A DNA stretch of 64,000 bases from Leucoraja ocellata (GCA_036785375.1 JAWMAR010003005.1:1-64000), one strand, 5' to 3'; positions 51,607 to 63,539 are shown, numbered from the stretch's first letter. Program-made: numbers and translations. The notes: generated from the sequence alone by a model not told the origin.

Positions 51607-51906
51607 CCTCTTGATATCTCATGTTGATCTTGTCGCTGAAGCCGGAAGGTGCGTGGGTCACTTCACAAGTATATTCCTGTTTGTTGGTCCATTCCTCCAC
51701 ATTCAACGGCAGGTAAGCAACTGTTTCAAATCCACCGTTAGTTCTCGGAGTGGATGGGAGAACGACGCCCGCTTGATTAAGTCCAGCTTTTTTCCAGGAA
51801 ACTTTAATATTGTCAGGAGAGAATCCAGATATCATGCAGCCCAGGACAGCAGTTGTTTGATTGTGGAGAACCTCCGGAGATGGAACAAGGGGGATGAGCT
51901 GTGGGG
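51607..51906 (-). CDS. IgW: IgW CH2 exon
   Basis: 300 nt, GTTACAG acceptor, GAGG|GTGAGT donor; APQLIPLVPS...VLGCMISGFSP...VSW...EEW...YTCEVTH. Confidence 0.96.
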
Positions 51907-53092
51907 CTGTAACATATTTAATATCTGTTATTACTTGATTCCTTCAGCCACATTGCAGGATTCCACTCTCCCAGCATCTGGGACAAGTGCCCCAGTACCA
52001 GCCCTCCCCACAATGCTGGTGACATGCCGGTGATGTGTTGATACGGTGGGTCCCACGGACAGATGCTGGTCAGTGCTGTGATTGGGAGGCTGGGTTAGAA
52101 CACAGGCCTCCCCAGCAGTGTGGGCCACTCTGCAGTGGTAAGGGTGGAGGTGGGTAAGTGGCGTACAGACCATCCGTGATCTCAGTGTGTGCTGGAGCAG
52201 ACACAGGAACAGATGAGACAACTGTTTCTACTGGCAGGAGGTTTGGGAATCACAACTTTAAGTTGGCTTCACCTCTTCTTTGTCTGTAACTCATTCTCAC
52301 CTAGCCCACAGCTAACAATGGCCTGTTTCCTTTATCGGCATTACTGTTTTGCATATCTTCGTTTATTAGTTCTATAACTCTCTACATCACTGTCGATATC
52401 TCTTTTCCCTTTCCCAACTCTCAGTCTGAGGAAGGGTCTCATCCCAAAACGTCACCAGAGATGCTGTCTGACCCGCTGAGTTACTCCAGCTGCCTATCTT
52501 CGCTTTAAACCAACATCTGCAGTTCCTTCTGACACCACTTTAAGTTTAATGGGATTGGAGGTCAGATGGACGAGAAACTTATTTTGTTATGACTTGATTT
52601 GCAATGATTTGATCAGAACAGGAAGGCAGTGGTTAAAAGTGAGAGTGGAAGCAGATTCATGTCATTTCCACAAGGAGACTGGATTTCACTTGGTGAGGGG
52701 TCGGCTGCAGGGTTGAGGGGGAAGTGCAGGAAGAGTGACGAAGGTTTAAATCTCCACGCTGTGCATGGGCATAATAGGTGTGGCTCTGTACACAGCAGTT
52801 GATCTGGAGGGAGGTGTTTGGGGGAGTAGAGAGCTGCAGGAATTTGACGAAGCAGTGGATAGAATGGAGGCAGATCAAGACGAGATGCTTCCTCTGTGAA
52901 ACCCCCCCCCTCACCATTATCTCCTTCCACATAAATTCCCAGTGTATTTTTCCTTGTGCAGCAGCACTCTGGCTGATAGGATGAGAATGAATGAGCAAAA
53001 TAAGTCATTCGCTTCCTCCTACATTGTTCGACAAAGGCTTCCACTTTAGTTCTATCATCAGCTTTAAATGGACAACAAAATCTCACACTAAC

Positions 53093-53401
53093 CTTGAGGC
53101 TTCTGGATCTCCGTTTTCACCATGTTGTCCGGCTTGTATCCTGACATGCAGTAGTAGACGGTTTTCCTGTTCCAATCTGCTACAGAGACTCGCAGCAAGC
53201 TGCTCATTGTGTACTTCTTGTTTTGTCCCAACACTGGTGGGTACTTTGTTATTCCATTGTTGATGACCCCACTGCTGGTGGACCATGTCTGACTGATGAC
53301 CTCAGGCAGGTAGTCCTTGACCAGACAGAGGATGCTGATCTCTTGTCCAGATTCCGTGTTGCAGGAAGAGGTGATGTGGACTGAAGGCAAAACCACATCC
53401 T
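53093..53401 (-). CDS. IgW: IgW CH1 exon
   Basis: 309 nt, TTCCATTTCAG acceptor, CAAG|GTTAGT donor; EDVVLPSVHITSSC...ILCLVKDYLP...TW...W...YYC; the early Cys is the likely light-chain link. Confidence 0.96.
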
Positions 53402-54419
53402 CTGAAATGGAAATAAATTAACAGTTGGTTCTGTAGTAAATGGATTATTACCAGCGCGTGCAACAGGTTCATGCTGATTGCTGAGTGAATGCAGGTGATT
53501 CAGGCTGAGAGAAGGCCAGGCAGAGCAGACAAATAGTTCCTTTCCCAATCCCTTTCACACCGTGCATGACCAAGCAGTGAAATGCTGATCTCACACTGGC
53601 GAAGCAACATCTGCCAACCAGAGGGACAAACCGGCCTGTGCTCTGGGTGATGTGTCCCAGGTCAGGAACCACATGGTATGGTGCCAGATGGACCATATCT
53701 ACAACCACCGGGCCAAATGGTGCTGGATCTGGCCTGTTGTGGAACTCCTTCAATGCTGGGCCTCGGGGAGTGTTGTACAACTAAGGGATCTTGGAGAACA
53801 GCTACACAGATCCCAGGAAGTGTTGTCACAGGTAAATAGGTTGGTAAACAAAGCTATTCATGAATCAGGGAATTGATATACAGTAACCCCTCGTTTTAAC
53901 GGACCACTTTATAACAGATTTTGGATGTAGCGGACGGACCTGCCGACACCACCCTTGCACGCATGGTCCTTGGATTCACCAACATACTGCACCTTGGAAG
54001 CAGCAGCTGGTGGGAGGAGAGGGTGCCCCATGGTGAGCATGCACCCTGTCAGTGGCCTGAAGAAAGCACTGCCAGTCAGAAGCTACATTGTGAGCCACAA
54101 CCACAGCCGTGTCACCGGACCGTGCGGTGGATGAAGAAGGACTCGCTGGTGCAGAGCAGAGACAATGGCGCCTGGTTTTAAGTTGAAATAACACAAAGTG
54201 CTTGAGTAACCCAGCAGACTGAATCAGTCTGAAGAAGATTCCCCACCTCACCTATTGATGTTCTCCAGAGATGCTCCCTGACCAGTTGAATTACTCCAGC
54301 ACTTTGTGTCTTTTTGTGTATTAACCAGTATCTGCATTCTTTGTTTCAACTACATACACGGGTAATACCTTTCTTGTTTAAAGCTACATTCGGCAATAAT
54401 GAATACTATCCCCCCCACA

Positions 54420-55030
54420 CCATGGTCCGTTATAATGGGGGTTTACTGTTCAGAAGTTGGATGTTATACTAGAATGTTACAAGAAATCGATGAGGCTGAA
54501 TTTGGAATACAATGTTGAGTTTTCATCAAGCTACTCTCGGAAAGATATCATTAGGCTAGAAGAGTGCTGAGAAGATTCACAAGTATGTTGCCAGGACTCA
54601 AGGGCCTGAGCTGGAGGGAAAAGTAGGGCAGGCTCGGACTTTACTCCTTTATACCTCTAGAAGGCAGAAGAGTGATCCTATAAAGGTGTATAAAATCATG
54701 AAGGGAATAGATAGGGTGAATGCACAGTCTATTACACAGGATAGGGGAATCAAGATATAGGTGTAAGATGTGAGGAACAAGATTTAATGGGAATGTGTGG
54801 GGAACTTTCTCATACACAGGGTGGTGGATATATGGAACAGGCTGCCAGAGGAAACAGTTGAGGCAGGTACGATAACAGCATTTAAAAGACACTTGGACAG
54901 ATACATGGATAGGAAAGAATTAGAGGACATGAGGTAAACATGGGCAAGTGGGACTAGCATACATGGAACATCAGGCTGCCTTGCACAAGCTGAGCTGAAG
55001 GGCCTGTTTCCATGCTGTATAACTCTATGT
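54420..55030 (+). mobile_element. Degenerate CR1-like 3' fragment
   Basis: Nucleotide similarity to other CR1 3' ends in the window. Confidence 0.65.
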
Positions 55031-55386
55031 CTCTTAGTTATTCATGGGCTGGGAAATGCTTTGAGATGTCCTGGGGTTGTGGAAACCTTCAACAAAATAA
55101 AAAAACATCAAATAAAAGTGGAAATAGTGGTTGTCAGAAACTGTACTGAAAGAGTTTGATGATAGAGCACTGAAGTGAAAGGGTGATTCTGCTTCTCTCC
55201 CCACAGATGCTGCCTGAGCTGTCGAGTGTTTCGTGCAGGAGGCTCAATGATGTCAGGCGGCGAGACTTGTAGCTCACAGTGTTTTCCATCCCGGGATCAG
55301 CAGGTGGTGAGTGCAGTTTAATTTGGATCAATGTTCCTAATGTGGTCAGGAGGTGGGTCAGAGACAGGAAAACACATCATACTAGC

Positions 55387-55720
55387 AGCTGGGGGGAGGA
55401 GCTGGGTGCTGGGGTGAGGAGCTGGGTGCTGGGGGGAGGAGCTGGGTGCTGGGGGGAGGAGCTGGGTGCTGGGGGGAGGAGCTGGGTGCTGGGGGGAGGA
55501 GCTGGGTGCTGGGGGGAGGAGCTGGGTGCTGGGGGGAGGAGCTGGGTGCTGGGGGGAGGAGCTGGGTGCTGGGGGGAGGAGCTGGGTGCTGGGGGGAGGA
55601 GCTGGGTGCTGGGGGGAGGAGCTGGGTGCTGGGGGGAGGAGCTGGGTGCTGGGGGGAGGAGCTGGGTGCTGGGGGGAGGAGCTGGGTGCTGGGGGGAGGA
55701 GCTGGGTGCTGGGGTGAGAA
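55387..55720. repeat. 20-bp tandem array (GCTGGGTGCTGGGGGGAGGA) x16 plus a partial unit, in the JH-CH1 intron
   Basis: Units start every 20 nt from 55401 to 55701; nearly perfect. Confidence 0.98.
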
Positions 55721-57029
55721 GGGGCAATAAACTGCCCGTCTGGGTTGCCATCCTGGGGGCATTTAGTGCCAATTGCGTTGCTGGGTCAGGGGTCAGAAAT
55801 AGGCTCGACTGGGTAAGGACAATAGATCTCCTCCTCTGAGGGACAACAGGGAAACTGAGAGGTCATCATTACTGTGGATTTGTGCACAAAATCCAGGTTA
55901 CTAACAAAAGAAAATCTGACACTGGTCCAATCTGTCCCAGATTATGAACAAAGTTTAAATTCCACAGTTGTTGCGGAATTAAACTGGGGTCTGATTGTAG
56001 CCTGATGCCCGTCCATTGGATCACTGTAACTGTGGTGTTTCGGACAACATTTTCCCCTCACCAGCGGTATGCCGATTCTGCTGTGTGCAGAGTGGATCCA
56101 TAGTCCCTCCTTTACAACACGGCTCTATTGTGAACATGCTTCACTGCCTGTAAAGCGCTCGGGAACACCAGGAAAGGTGCTCTGTCAATCACTGAGATTC
56201 ACTGAGACACCAGCAGCCCTGGTTAATGGAACGAAGCACGTGTTGGACAAACCCAGTCTGTCGGCTGGCGGAGGAGGGCAGCAAATTAGAGCCGTGCCTC
56301 CATCTGTGAACTGGGAAAAAGCAGTTCTTTTGTGCAGCAAAACCCACGTCAAAAACACCAAGCAACTTGACTCAGAATCTAAACTATGCGCATCAGTGAA
56401 TTCACAATGAAGAATAAAAGGTATTGACTTACTAAGGATCTCTAAATGTTGAAATTCAATACAAGACGCAACGAAAACCAGGTGTACTAAACCCTACATC
56501 TACAGTAGAACCATGTACAACATTCTCTCATTACTTTCAAATCATTCATTATTGTGAACCTTTGTTTTTGAACCAGCATCAATGTGTTTTACAATCTAGA
56601 GAATGTTCTGTGTTCTGAAGCATTTACACAAGGAGTGTTTGACAGAGCAATGTAGAGGGAGCTTGACTCTGTGTCAAACACACTGTCCCTGCACTGGGAG
56701 AGAGTGTAGAGGGAACTTCACTCAGTGACTAACCCGTACCCTGGGTGTGTGTGGAGACAGGTTGGATGGAGCCTCACTCCTTGTCTAACCTGTGCTGTCC
56801 CTTCCCTGGGAGTGTTGGGACAGGAAGATGGAACTTTGTATCTAATCTGTAACTGACAGCACAGTGACATGGGGAGATTTATTCTGCATTTGACTCATGC
56901 TCTGTCTGACCTGGATGTGTTTGATGGGATCGCTTTGCGGGAGCAGGTACTGGAGTCATAGCGTCATAGATTAATAGTGTGGAAACAGGCAGATTAATCT
57001 CCAAAAGACTGGAGGGTGGCTGATACTGA

Positions 57030-58270
57030 CGCGTAATTGAAGAAGGACATTAGGGCCAAGCCAGGAATCTACACCAGTGAGCCTGACGTCATTGGTGGGA
57101 ATGTCCTTAGGGATAGGAACTATCCATATTTGGATAGACACGGACTGATTAGGGATAGTCCTAAATGTACAAGATCTAGATCATTTGGGAGGGTGGGCCA
57201 AGGATTAGGGACAGCATGGCTTGTGTTGGGGGAAATTGTGCCTCATGGACCTGATAAGGTTCAATAAGGTCTGGCATGGTGGGCTGGCGTGGAAGGTTAG
57301 ATCTCATGAAACCCAACATGTACTAAATTAGCTTGGAGGAAGTGGACTACTGCAGGGGTCAGTGCAGAGACCACTGGTGTTGGTTATCTACATTAACAGT
57401 TTGCCATACAATATAGTGGACATTGATAGTAAGTTTGCAGATGACACCAAAATCAGAGCATGAGTGGACAGTGAGAGGGATAAGTTTACAATAAGATCAA
57501 GATCAGTTGGGAAAGGGAGCCAAGGAATGCCAAATGGAATTTAACTCTGACAAGTGAGGGAGTGTTGAACTGTGGTAGATCAAACCAGGGCTGGACTTAC
57601 ACAGTAAATGGTAGCGCCTGAAGAGTGTTGTAGAACAGACAGATGTGGAAATACAGAGGCATGGTTCGCTGAGAGTGGCGAGTTAGGTGGACAGGGAGCT
57701 GAGGTGGCTTTTGTCAGACTGCCTTCGATGGGAAGGGTACTGCGTATAAAAGTTGGGACGTGATGATGCAGCTGTATAAGTCATTGGTGAGACCACGCTT
57801 GGAGTAAGTACTGTGTGTAGTTCTGGTCACACAGCTACAGGATGTCATTATATTGGAGACTTGGAAAAGATTCACCAAGATATTGTCTGGACATGTGAGG
57901 TTCTGTTTTAGGGAGAGGGAGGATAAGGTGCTTTTTTCCCCTTTGAGGCAAAGGACACTGCGCAGTAACCTTATTGAGGTGAACAAGATCATGAGGGGCA
58001 TGGATAAGGTGCACGCTCACAGGCTTTGTCCCAGGATAGAGGTTTCTAAAACAAGAGGGCACAGGCGTAAGGTGAGTGGGGAGAGATTAAAAAGGGGACT
58101 TCAGGGGCATTTTTATTCACATTGGGTAGGCAGTATCTGGAATGAGTTGCCAGAGAAAACTATAAAAGCAGATAGAATTACGAAAAATCCGGTATATGGA
58201 TGAGAAGGGTATGTGGCCAATGGGCCGAGCCCAGAAAGCCAGCTTGGTCGGCATGCACAAGATGGACTGA
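57030..58270 (+). mobile_element. Old CR1-like RT fragment
   Basis: KFADDTK, LVRP.LE, TRGH remnants with many disruptions. Confidence 0.7.
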
Positions 58271-58493
58271 AGGCAGATGATGGCGAGACTCAGGGAAAGA
58301 ACAGCCTGTGGGGCAGTTCAACGTGGTGGGGAATGTACTGTTGCTGGGTAGATTCCAACTCTGGAGAAACCCGCCTGTGTCCGGGAAATCCGTTCCAAAT
58401 ATCACACCGAGTTCAGGTCAATTACAGAATTGGCAAAGACCATACATTAATAAAACACAACTGGGTAAAATGGAATTGAGGAATTGGTCTTAC

Positions 58494-58541
58494 CTGAAGT
58501 CACTGTCAGCGAGGTTCCTGCACCCCAGTAGTCAAGATAGT
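58494..58541 (-). CDS. IgW: IgW JH segment
   Basis: YLDYWGAGTSLTVTS (WGxG) with TCAG|GTAAGA donor. Confidence 0.97.
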
Positions 58542-58580
58542 CACACTGATTCATTTTCCCACTCAGTCAGTACAATAACT
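58542..58580 (+). other. JH recombination signal sequence, 23-bp spacer
   Basis: CACACTG (58542-58548) + 23 nt + ACAATAACT (58572-58580). Confidence 0.92.
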
Positions 58581-58906
58581 CCACTCGCCCTCCACATCCA
58601 ATAATCCCAGCAAAGTGTCAACGTGAACTCTGCCCGGACCAGGAGCAGCCGCTTCCTGCATTTCCATCCCAATCTCCGTCCTTGTTCAACCTCTGGTGTG
58701 AATAATAGAGGCATTTTTGCCGTCTGCTGCCAACGGCTCTGGCCGTCCCTCACAAACACAATCGCCTCCTTTCGGGCTTTTAACCGGCCAGAAATGGACA
58801 TTTCTTCCCTGCAGTGCGAGCCAGGCTTCAGGGATTGGACTTTGGCAAGCAGCAATGTTCAATGGATGGAGACAGACTGCGCTGCGGACGCTCATTTGTC
58901 GGGGGC

Positions 58907-58972
58907 AGTTTTTGTTCAGCTCTCCACCGCCGTGGGCCAGTATACACGGTGATTCACCGCCGCTCACAAACT
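58907..58972 (-). other. IgW: DH segment (TATACTGGCC, 58935-58944) flanked by two 12-spacer RSSs (D2 type)
   Basis: + strand: AGTTTTTGT-12-CGCCGTG-GGCCAGTATA-CACGGTG-12-TCACAAACT. Confidence 0.88.
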
Positions 58973-59299
58973 GCGCTACCACATCCAGCCCGAAATCCAA
59001 CACTGGCCAGAGTGGGCAACGGTTTAATTAAAGCCCCGTCCATGTGTGTCCATGTGTCCCACACAGCAGTGTCCAGTCTCGGCAATTGCAGCCCTGTAGT
59101 GGACAGGAGATAACCCACCGCGACTGTCACCGTGCCTCGACCCACAGCGGCTCCTCGCTGTTTGTGTTCCCACATCTCCAGTGGAACTTGTTCCCTGTGC
59201 CAGATGATGCACTCTGGATCTGGTTTATATCCACGGGTCCCGAGGAAAGGCGGCGGCGGCAGCGCCCAGAGACGTGATTTAAAGCGTTTGGCTGCGGCA

Positions 59300-59337
59300 G
59301 GTTTTTGTATTGAGGAAGTCCCATCTCTCACACTGTG
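59300..59337 (-). other. RSS 3' of the V(D) exon, 22-bp spacer
   Basis: Perfect CACAGTG (59331-59337) + 22 nt + perfect ACAAAAACC (59300-59308). Confidence 0.95.
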
Positions 59338-59645
59338 CCACCCGTATTGTCTCGCACAGTAATAGGTGGCCGTGTCGGCCAGACTCAGGTTGGTCATTTG
59401 GAGATAGACATTGCTGCTGTCCTTGGAAACCTCGAATCGGCCGCTGAAGGCAGGCGCGTATAGTTTGTCGCCACCACCCCATATCACCGCCACCCACTCC
59501 AGCCCTTTCCCGGGGACTTGTTTCACCCAATGCACGGCGTAGTCGCTGAGGCTGAACCCGCTGGTTACACAGGTCAGTTTGAGGGACTCTCCGGGCTTTG
59601 CCACCTCGGTCGGTTTCTGATTCAGCACGACCGCGGATCGAACGC
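59338..59645 (-). CDS. IgW: IgW VH exon with 12 extra nt after YYCAR (probable germline-joined V-D1)
   Basis: TTTATTTGCAG acceptor; GVRSAVVLNQKP...LTCVTSGFSL...WVKQ.PGKGLEW...DTATYYCAR-QYGW, then the heptamer. Confidence 0.96.
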
Positions 59646-59777
59646 CTGCAAATAAAAGAGAAACAAAGTTGAATAAACAATTGGAGGCAGAGGGTCAAAG
59701 AGTGTCCGAGAAGCAGCCCGGCCCCGAGTGGGGGTGACGCCCGCCCGCCCGCCCGCCCGCCGCGGGGGGACACCCAC

Positions 59778-59823
59778 CTGGCAGACAGGACAGAAGGAGA
59801 CAGAGATAAGCAGCGACCCCCAT
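59778..59823 (-). CDS. IgW: IgW leader exon
   Basis: 46 nt; MGVAAYLCLLLSCLP(G); CCAG|GTGGGT donor; phase 1 matches the V exon. Confidence 0.93.
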
Positions 59824-59912
59824 CACTCTGAGCACTGACACACACTTGGACACTCCACGAATGGGCGGCTTCAGCTCAAGGCCGGCTTTGTCGGGAGCAG
59901 CAGTCAGCGCTG

Positions 59913-59920
59913 TTTAAATA
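59913..59920 (-). promoter_or_regulatory. TATA-like box of the VH promoter
   Basis: TATTTAAA ~90 nt upstream of the leader ATG. Confidence 0.55.
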
Positions 59921-60184
59921 GGAAAGTGAGCTGTGAGTGAGAGACATAGAGAGAGGTAGCCGCGGTTTCCCCACCCACTGAAACCAGAGGCGCGGCTTCC
60001 TGTCCCTGCCCCCAGCACCCAGTTCAATTCCCCAAAAGGTGTTTGTCTCCACAACAGGTGGAGGGGCAATGATGAGATCCGGATTAAAGATTGATCCCAC
60101 TCTGCTCCATCCACTCATTACAATGATGAACACTTTGTGGAGCAAGAGGTCACTCAGATCCCCAGTGAGGGGCTGAGTTAAAAG

Positions 60185-60552
60185 TCGGTGTACAGATATC
60201 CCCCTGAGAGAGAGGGACATCTGTCAATGTAGATATCCCCTGCCTTGGGAGAGAGGGGCTAAATTTCACCGGTCAGTGTACAGATATCCCCCTGAGCGAG
60301 TGGGACTGAGAGACCGGTCAGTGTACAGATATCGTGGTGAGAGAGAGGGACTGAGAGAGACCGGTCAGTGTACAGATATCGTGGTGAGAGAGAGGGACTG
60401 AGAGAGACCGGTCAGTGAACAGATATCGTGGTGAGAGAGAGGACTGAGAGACCGGTCAGTGTACAGATATCGTGGTGAGAGAGAGGGACTGAGAGAGACC
60501 AGTTAGTGCAGATATCCACATCAATGAGAGGGACTGAGAGACACCAGTCAGT
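60185..60552. repeat. ~39-41-bp minisatellite (GAGAGACCGGTCAGTGTACAGATATCGTGGTGAGAGAGAGGGACT-like); related units at 62030-62690
   Basis: Directly visible. Confidence 0.85.
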
Positions 60553-60849
60553 TTGAGTTGAGTTTATTGTCACATGTACCGAGGTACAGTGAAAAGCTTT
60601 AGTTGCATGTTAACCAGACAACAGACGGACAATACATGATTACAATTGAGCACAGTGAGCAAAAACATGATGAAGGGAATAACATGAATAAAGTTCAGTG
60701 CAAGATAAAACCAGTAAATTCTGATCAAAGATAGTGCGAGGATCTCCAATGAGGTAGATAGAGCACAGAAGTCAAGCTACAACAGCCAGTCGTGATGCTA
60801 TGAATGAAGTCCATCTACGCCTATATCGGTGACAATCTACAACAATGTA

Positions 60850-61072
60850 TGACCATACCGGTGACATGCTACGACCATACCAGCGACATGCTACGACCAT
60901 ACCAGCGACATGCTACGACCATACCAGCGACATGCTACGACCATACCAGCAACATGCTATGACCATACCAACGACATGCTATGACCATACCGGCAACATG
61001 CTATGACCATACCAACAACATGCTATGACCATACCAGCGACATGCTATGACCATACCAGCGACATGCTACGA
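60850..61072. repeat. 22-bp tandem repeat (GACATGCTACGACCATACCAGC) x ~10, inside a Harbinger-like element ending ~61803
   Basis: Directly visible; TIR-like TAAGTGGGACATGCCCT followed by TAA at ~61787-61806. Confidence 0.8.
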
Positions 61073-62196
61073 CAGCTGGCGACCATCGGCAACAGTTGAC
61101 GTGACTAGCTACACCAGGCTACAACAGTGGCTCCTCCATGAGTCCCCTTTTTCTCCAGGAGACGGCCCACCCAGTGTCTTCGGCTCCTGAAACAGCTCAG
61201 GGGGAAGCCTAGTGAAGTTTCTGAAGGCAGCCTCATCTTCTTGCTGGAGCTCAGTCATCAGGTTGTCATATTGGCCCAACCTGGGTCTCTACAGGGACAA
61301 GGGCATCAACCACACACACACCTCTTCTTGGACTTCCTCTTACCCATTCTTCTTGTCCTTCTGTCTTGCTGATCTTTAAGCATGAGGGCTGCTGCAAGCA
61401 GCAGGGCTTCTTCATGTGAGAGCAATGTCCTCAGATGTTGGAAACAATACATCCCCTCTTATAAATCCATTGTTTTGGAGGCCAAAATGACATGAATTGT
61501 CTTCAGTTGTCTCCGACAGTCGTAACTTGTCGTGGCTTGTTGCGGGTGGATGCAAGTTGACCGGTTGTCGCCTGTGTGGTCGTAGATTGTCGCCTGTGTG
61601 GTCGTAGGTTGTCGTAGGTGGACGTCCCGTCACGACGATTGGGTCGCCGGTTGTCGGTAGCTTGCGTTAGCTTGACTTCGACTCGGTGGTATGTTGTTGG
61701 AGTTTGTCGTAGACATTGTTGTGGGGGGGTCAAGTCGCCGGTTTTTCGGCTGCATTCTACGACTATGACAGTTGCAGGCAGTCGCCTAAGTGGGACATGC
61801 CCTTAAATGGCTTAATTGTAATCATGCATTGTCCTTCTGCTGACAGATTAACACACAACAAAAGCTTTTCACAATGCCTCTGTGCACATGAGAATAAACT
61901 AAACTGAACTGAACTGAAGTCAATGATGCAGTTGCAGAGGTGAGTACTGACTCCAAGTCCCTCGAGTTTGGTGATGAGCTTGGCTGGTATAATGGTCTTA
62001 AATGAGCTTGGCTGGTATAATGGTATCAGACTGTAGATATCCCATGTATGAGTGTACAAATATACCCCTGACAGTGGGACAATGTCCCAAGAGAGAGGTA
62101 ATGAGGGAGACCGATCCGTTTACAGAAGGTAGAGGGAGCGAGGGAGAGAGGGGGAGAGGGTGAGAGAGGGGGGTGAGGTGGAGAGGGTGAGAGAGC

Positions 62197-62227
<31 letters not shown>

Positions 62228-62653
62228 CGAGAGAGAGAGAAACGAAGGGGGAGAGGGAGAGAGAGAGAGAGCGCTAGCTGTCAGTGTACAAACATGCCAA
62301 GAGAGAGGCATTGAGAGACACTGGTCAGCGTACAGATATCCCCATGAGAGAGAGGGATTGGGAGACACCAGTCAATGCAGAACAGAAACATAGATAAATA
62401 GGTGCAGGAGTAGGCCATTTGACCCTTCTGATCATGGCTGATCATCTAAAATCAGTACCACGTTCCTGCTTTTTCCCCATATTCCTTGATTCATTTAGCA
62501 CTAAGAGCTAAATCTCTCTCATGAAAACATCCAGTGAATTGGCCTCCACTGTTGTCTGTAGCAGAGAATTCCACAGATTCACAACTCAGTGTACAGATAT
62601 CAAGCTGAAAGAGAGGAAGTAAGGTTCACCGGTCAGTATACAGATAACCCTCT

Positions 62654-62698
<45 letters not shown>

Positions 62699-63539
62699 AA
62701 GCTGCAGAGAAACTGTAAGCAGTGTAAAGTTAGCCCCCTGAGAGAGATTGACAGGGAGAACCCATGCAGTGAGAGAAAGGGACTGAATTGATAAAACTTA
62801 TTTGCACAATCTTCTGCCTCCACTAACCTTGGAAGAATCAATGTGAACCAGAATATCTTGGGTGGAAGGAGGATTATATATTGGTGAGGAATTTTCTCTC
62901 CCAGAGATTAAAACTGAGTTTCACTCCTGGACAGGTGTCCCCTCACTGCTGTTAGAAAACCCTTTGATCTGTGTCAGCTATGGGTCTTTTGATCCATGTT
63001 TTCAAGAACAGGAAGTGCAACACTAAGAGAAGCAGTCGCACTGAGAAACAGGAGGCTGCCCAGTCAAGGGAGCAGCCAAGTGCTCAATGGCAGGAAATCC
63101 CAGGGAGAGACGTTCTGTGGAGCATCTGTTCCTACTTCAGAATGGTCTCACAACAGTTCTAAATCATGCAGCTCCAACAGACATAGAGCAACAAAAACAG
63201 CTCAATCCAACTCCCATGGCATCTAAACAGATGTCCTGTTACCCTTTCAACCTCACTTTTACCATTGCCATTTGTCCTTTTACAGGAACTTGGGACAGTT
63301 AATGGAGATGTCTTGAGGACAGTGCATATTATGGACATGGAGGTGGTCGATGTCCTCAGGTGTATGACAGTAGATATGAAGATTGTACAAAACATTGATG
63401 TTTGGAATGCATTACCAGGGGACGTTGTGGGAGCAGATACGACAGCAATGATTAAAAGGCATTTAGAGATAGATTAGACATTCAGTATTTTTTTTCTCTC
63501 GGGGTATGAATGTTTTGGTTCCACTTGTATTCCAAAGTA

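Noticed and set aside
52613-53086. Cys-containing ORFs in the CH1-CH2 intron as an extra exon
   Set aside because: No Ig motifs and no convincing splice-site pair found.
55279-55839. Repetitive Gly/Trp- or Pro-rich ORFs on both strands
   Set aside because: Artefacts of a stop-free 20-bp tandem repeat.
59128-59149. Heptamer-like pair CACCGTG-8 nt-CACAGCG between V and D, a possible vestigial D
   Set aside because: No nonamer at 12 or 22/23 spacing on either side.
58954-59628. 224-aa ORF as one protein
   Set aside because: It is the V exon reading through the RSS into the V-D spacer; the true start is the spliced leader.
55387-61072. Tandem arrays as CRISPR-like
   Set aside because: No unique spacers, no cas genes, vertebrate context.
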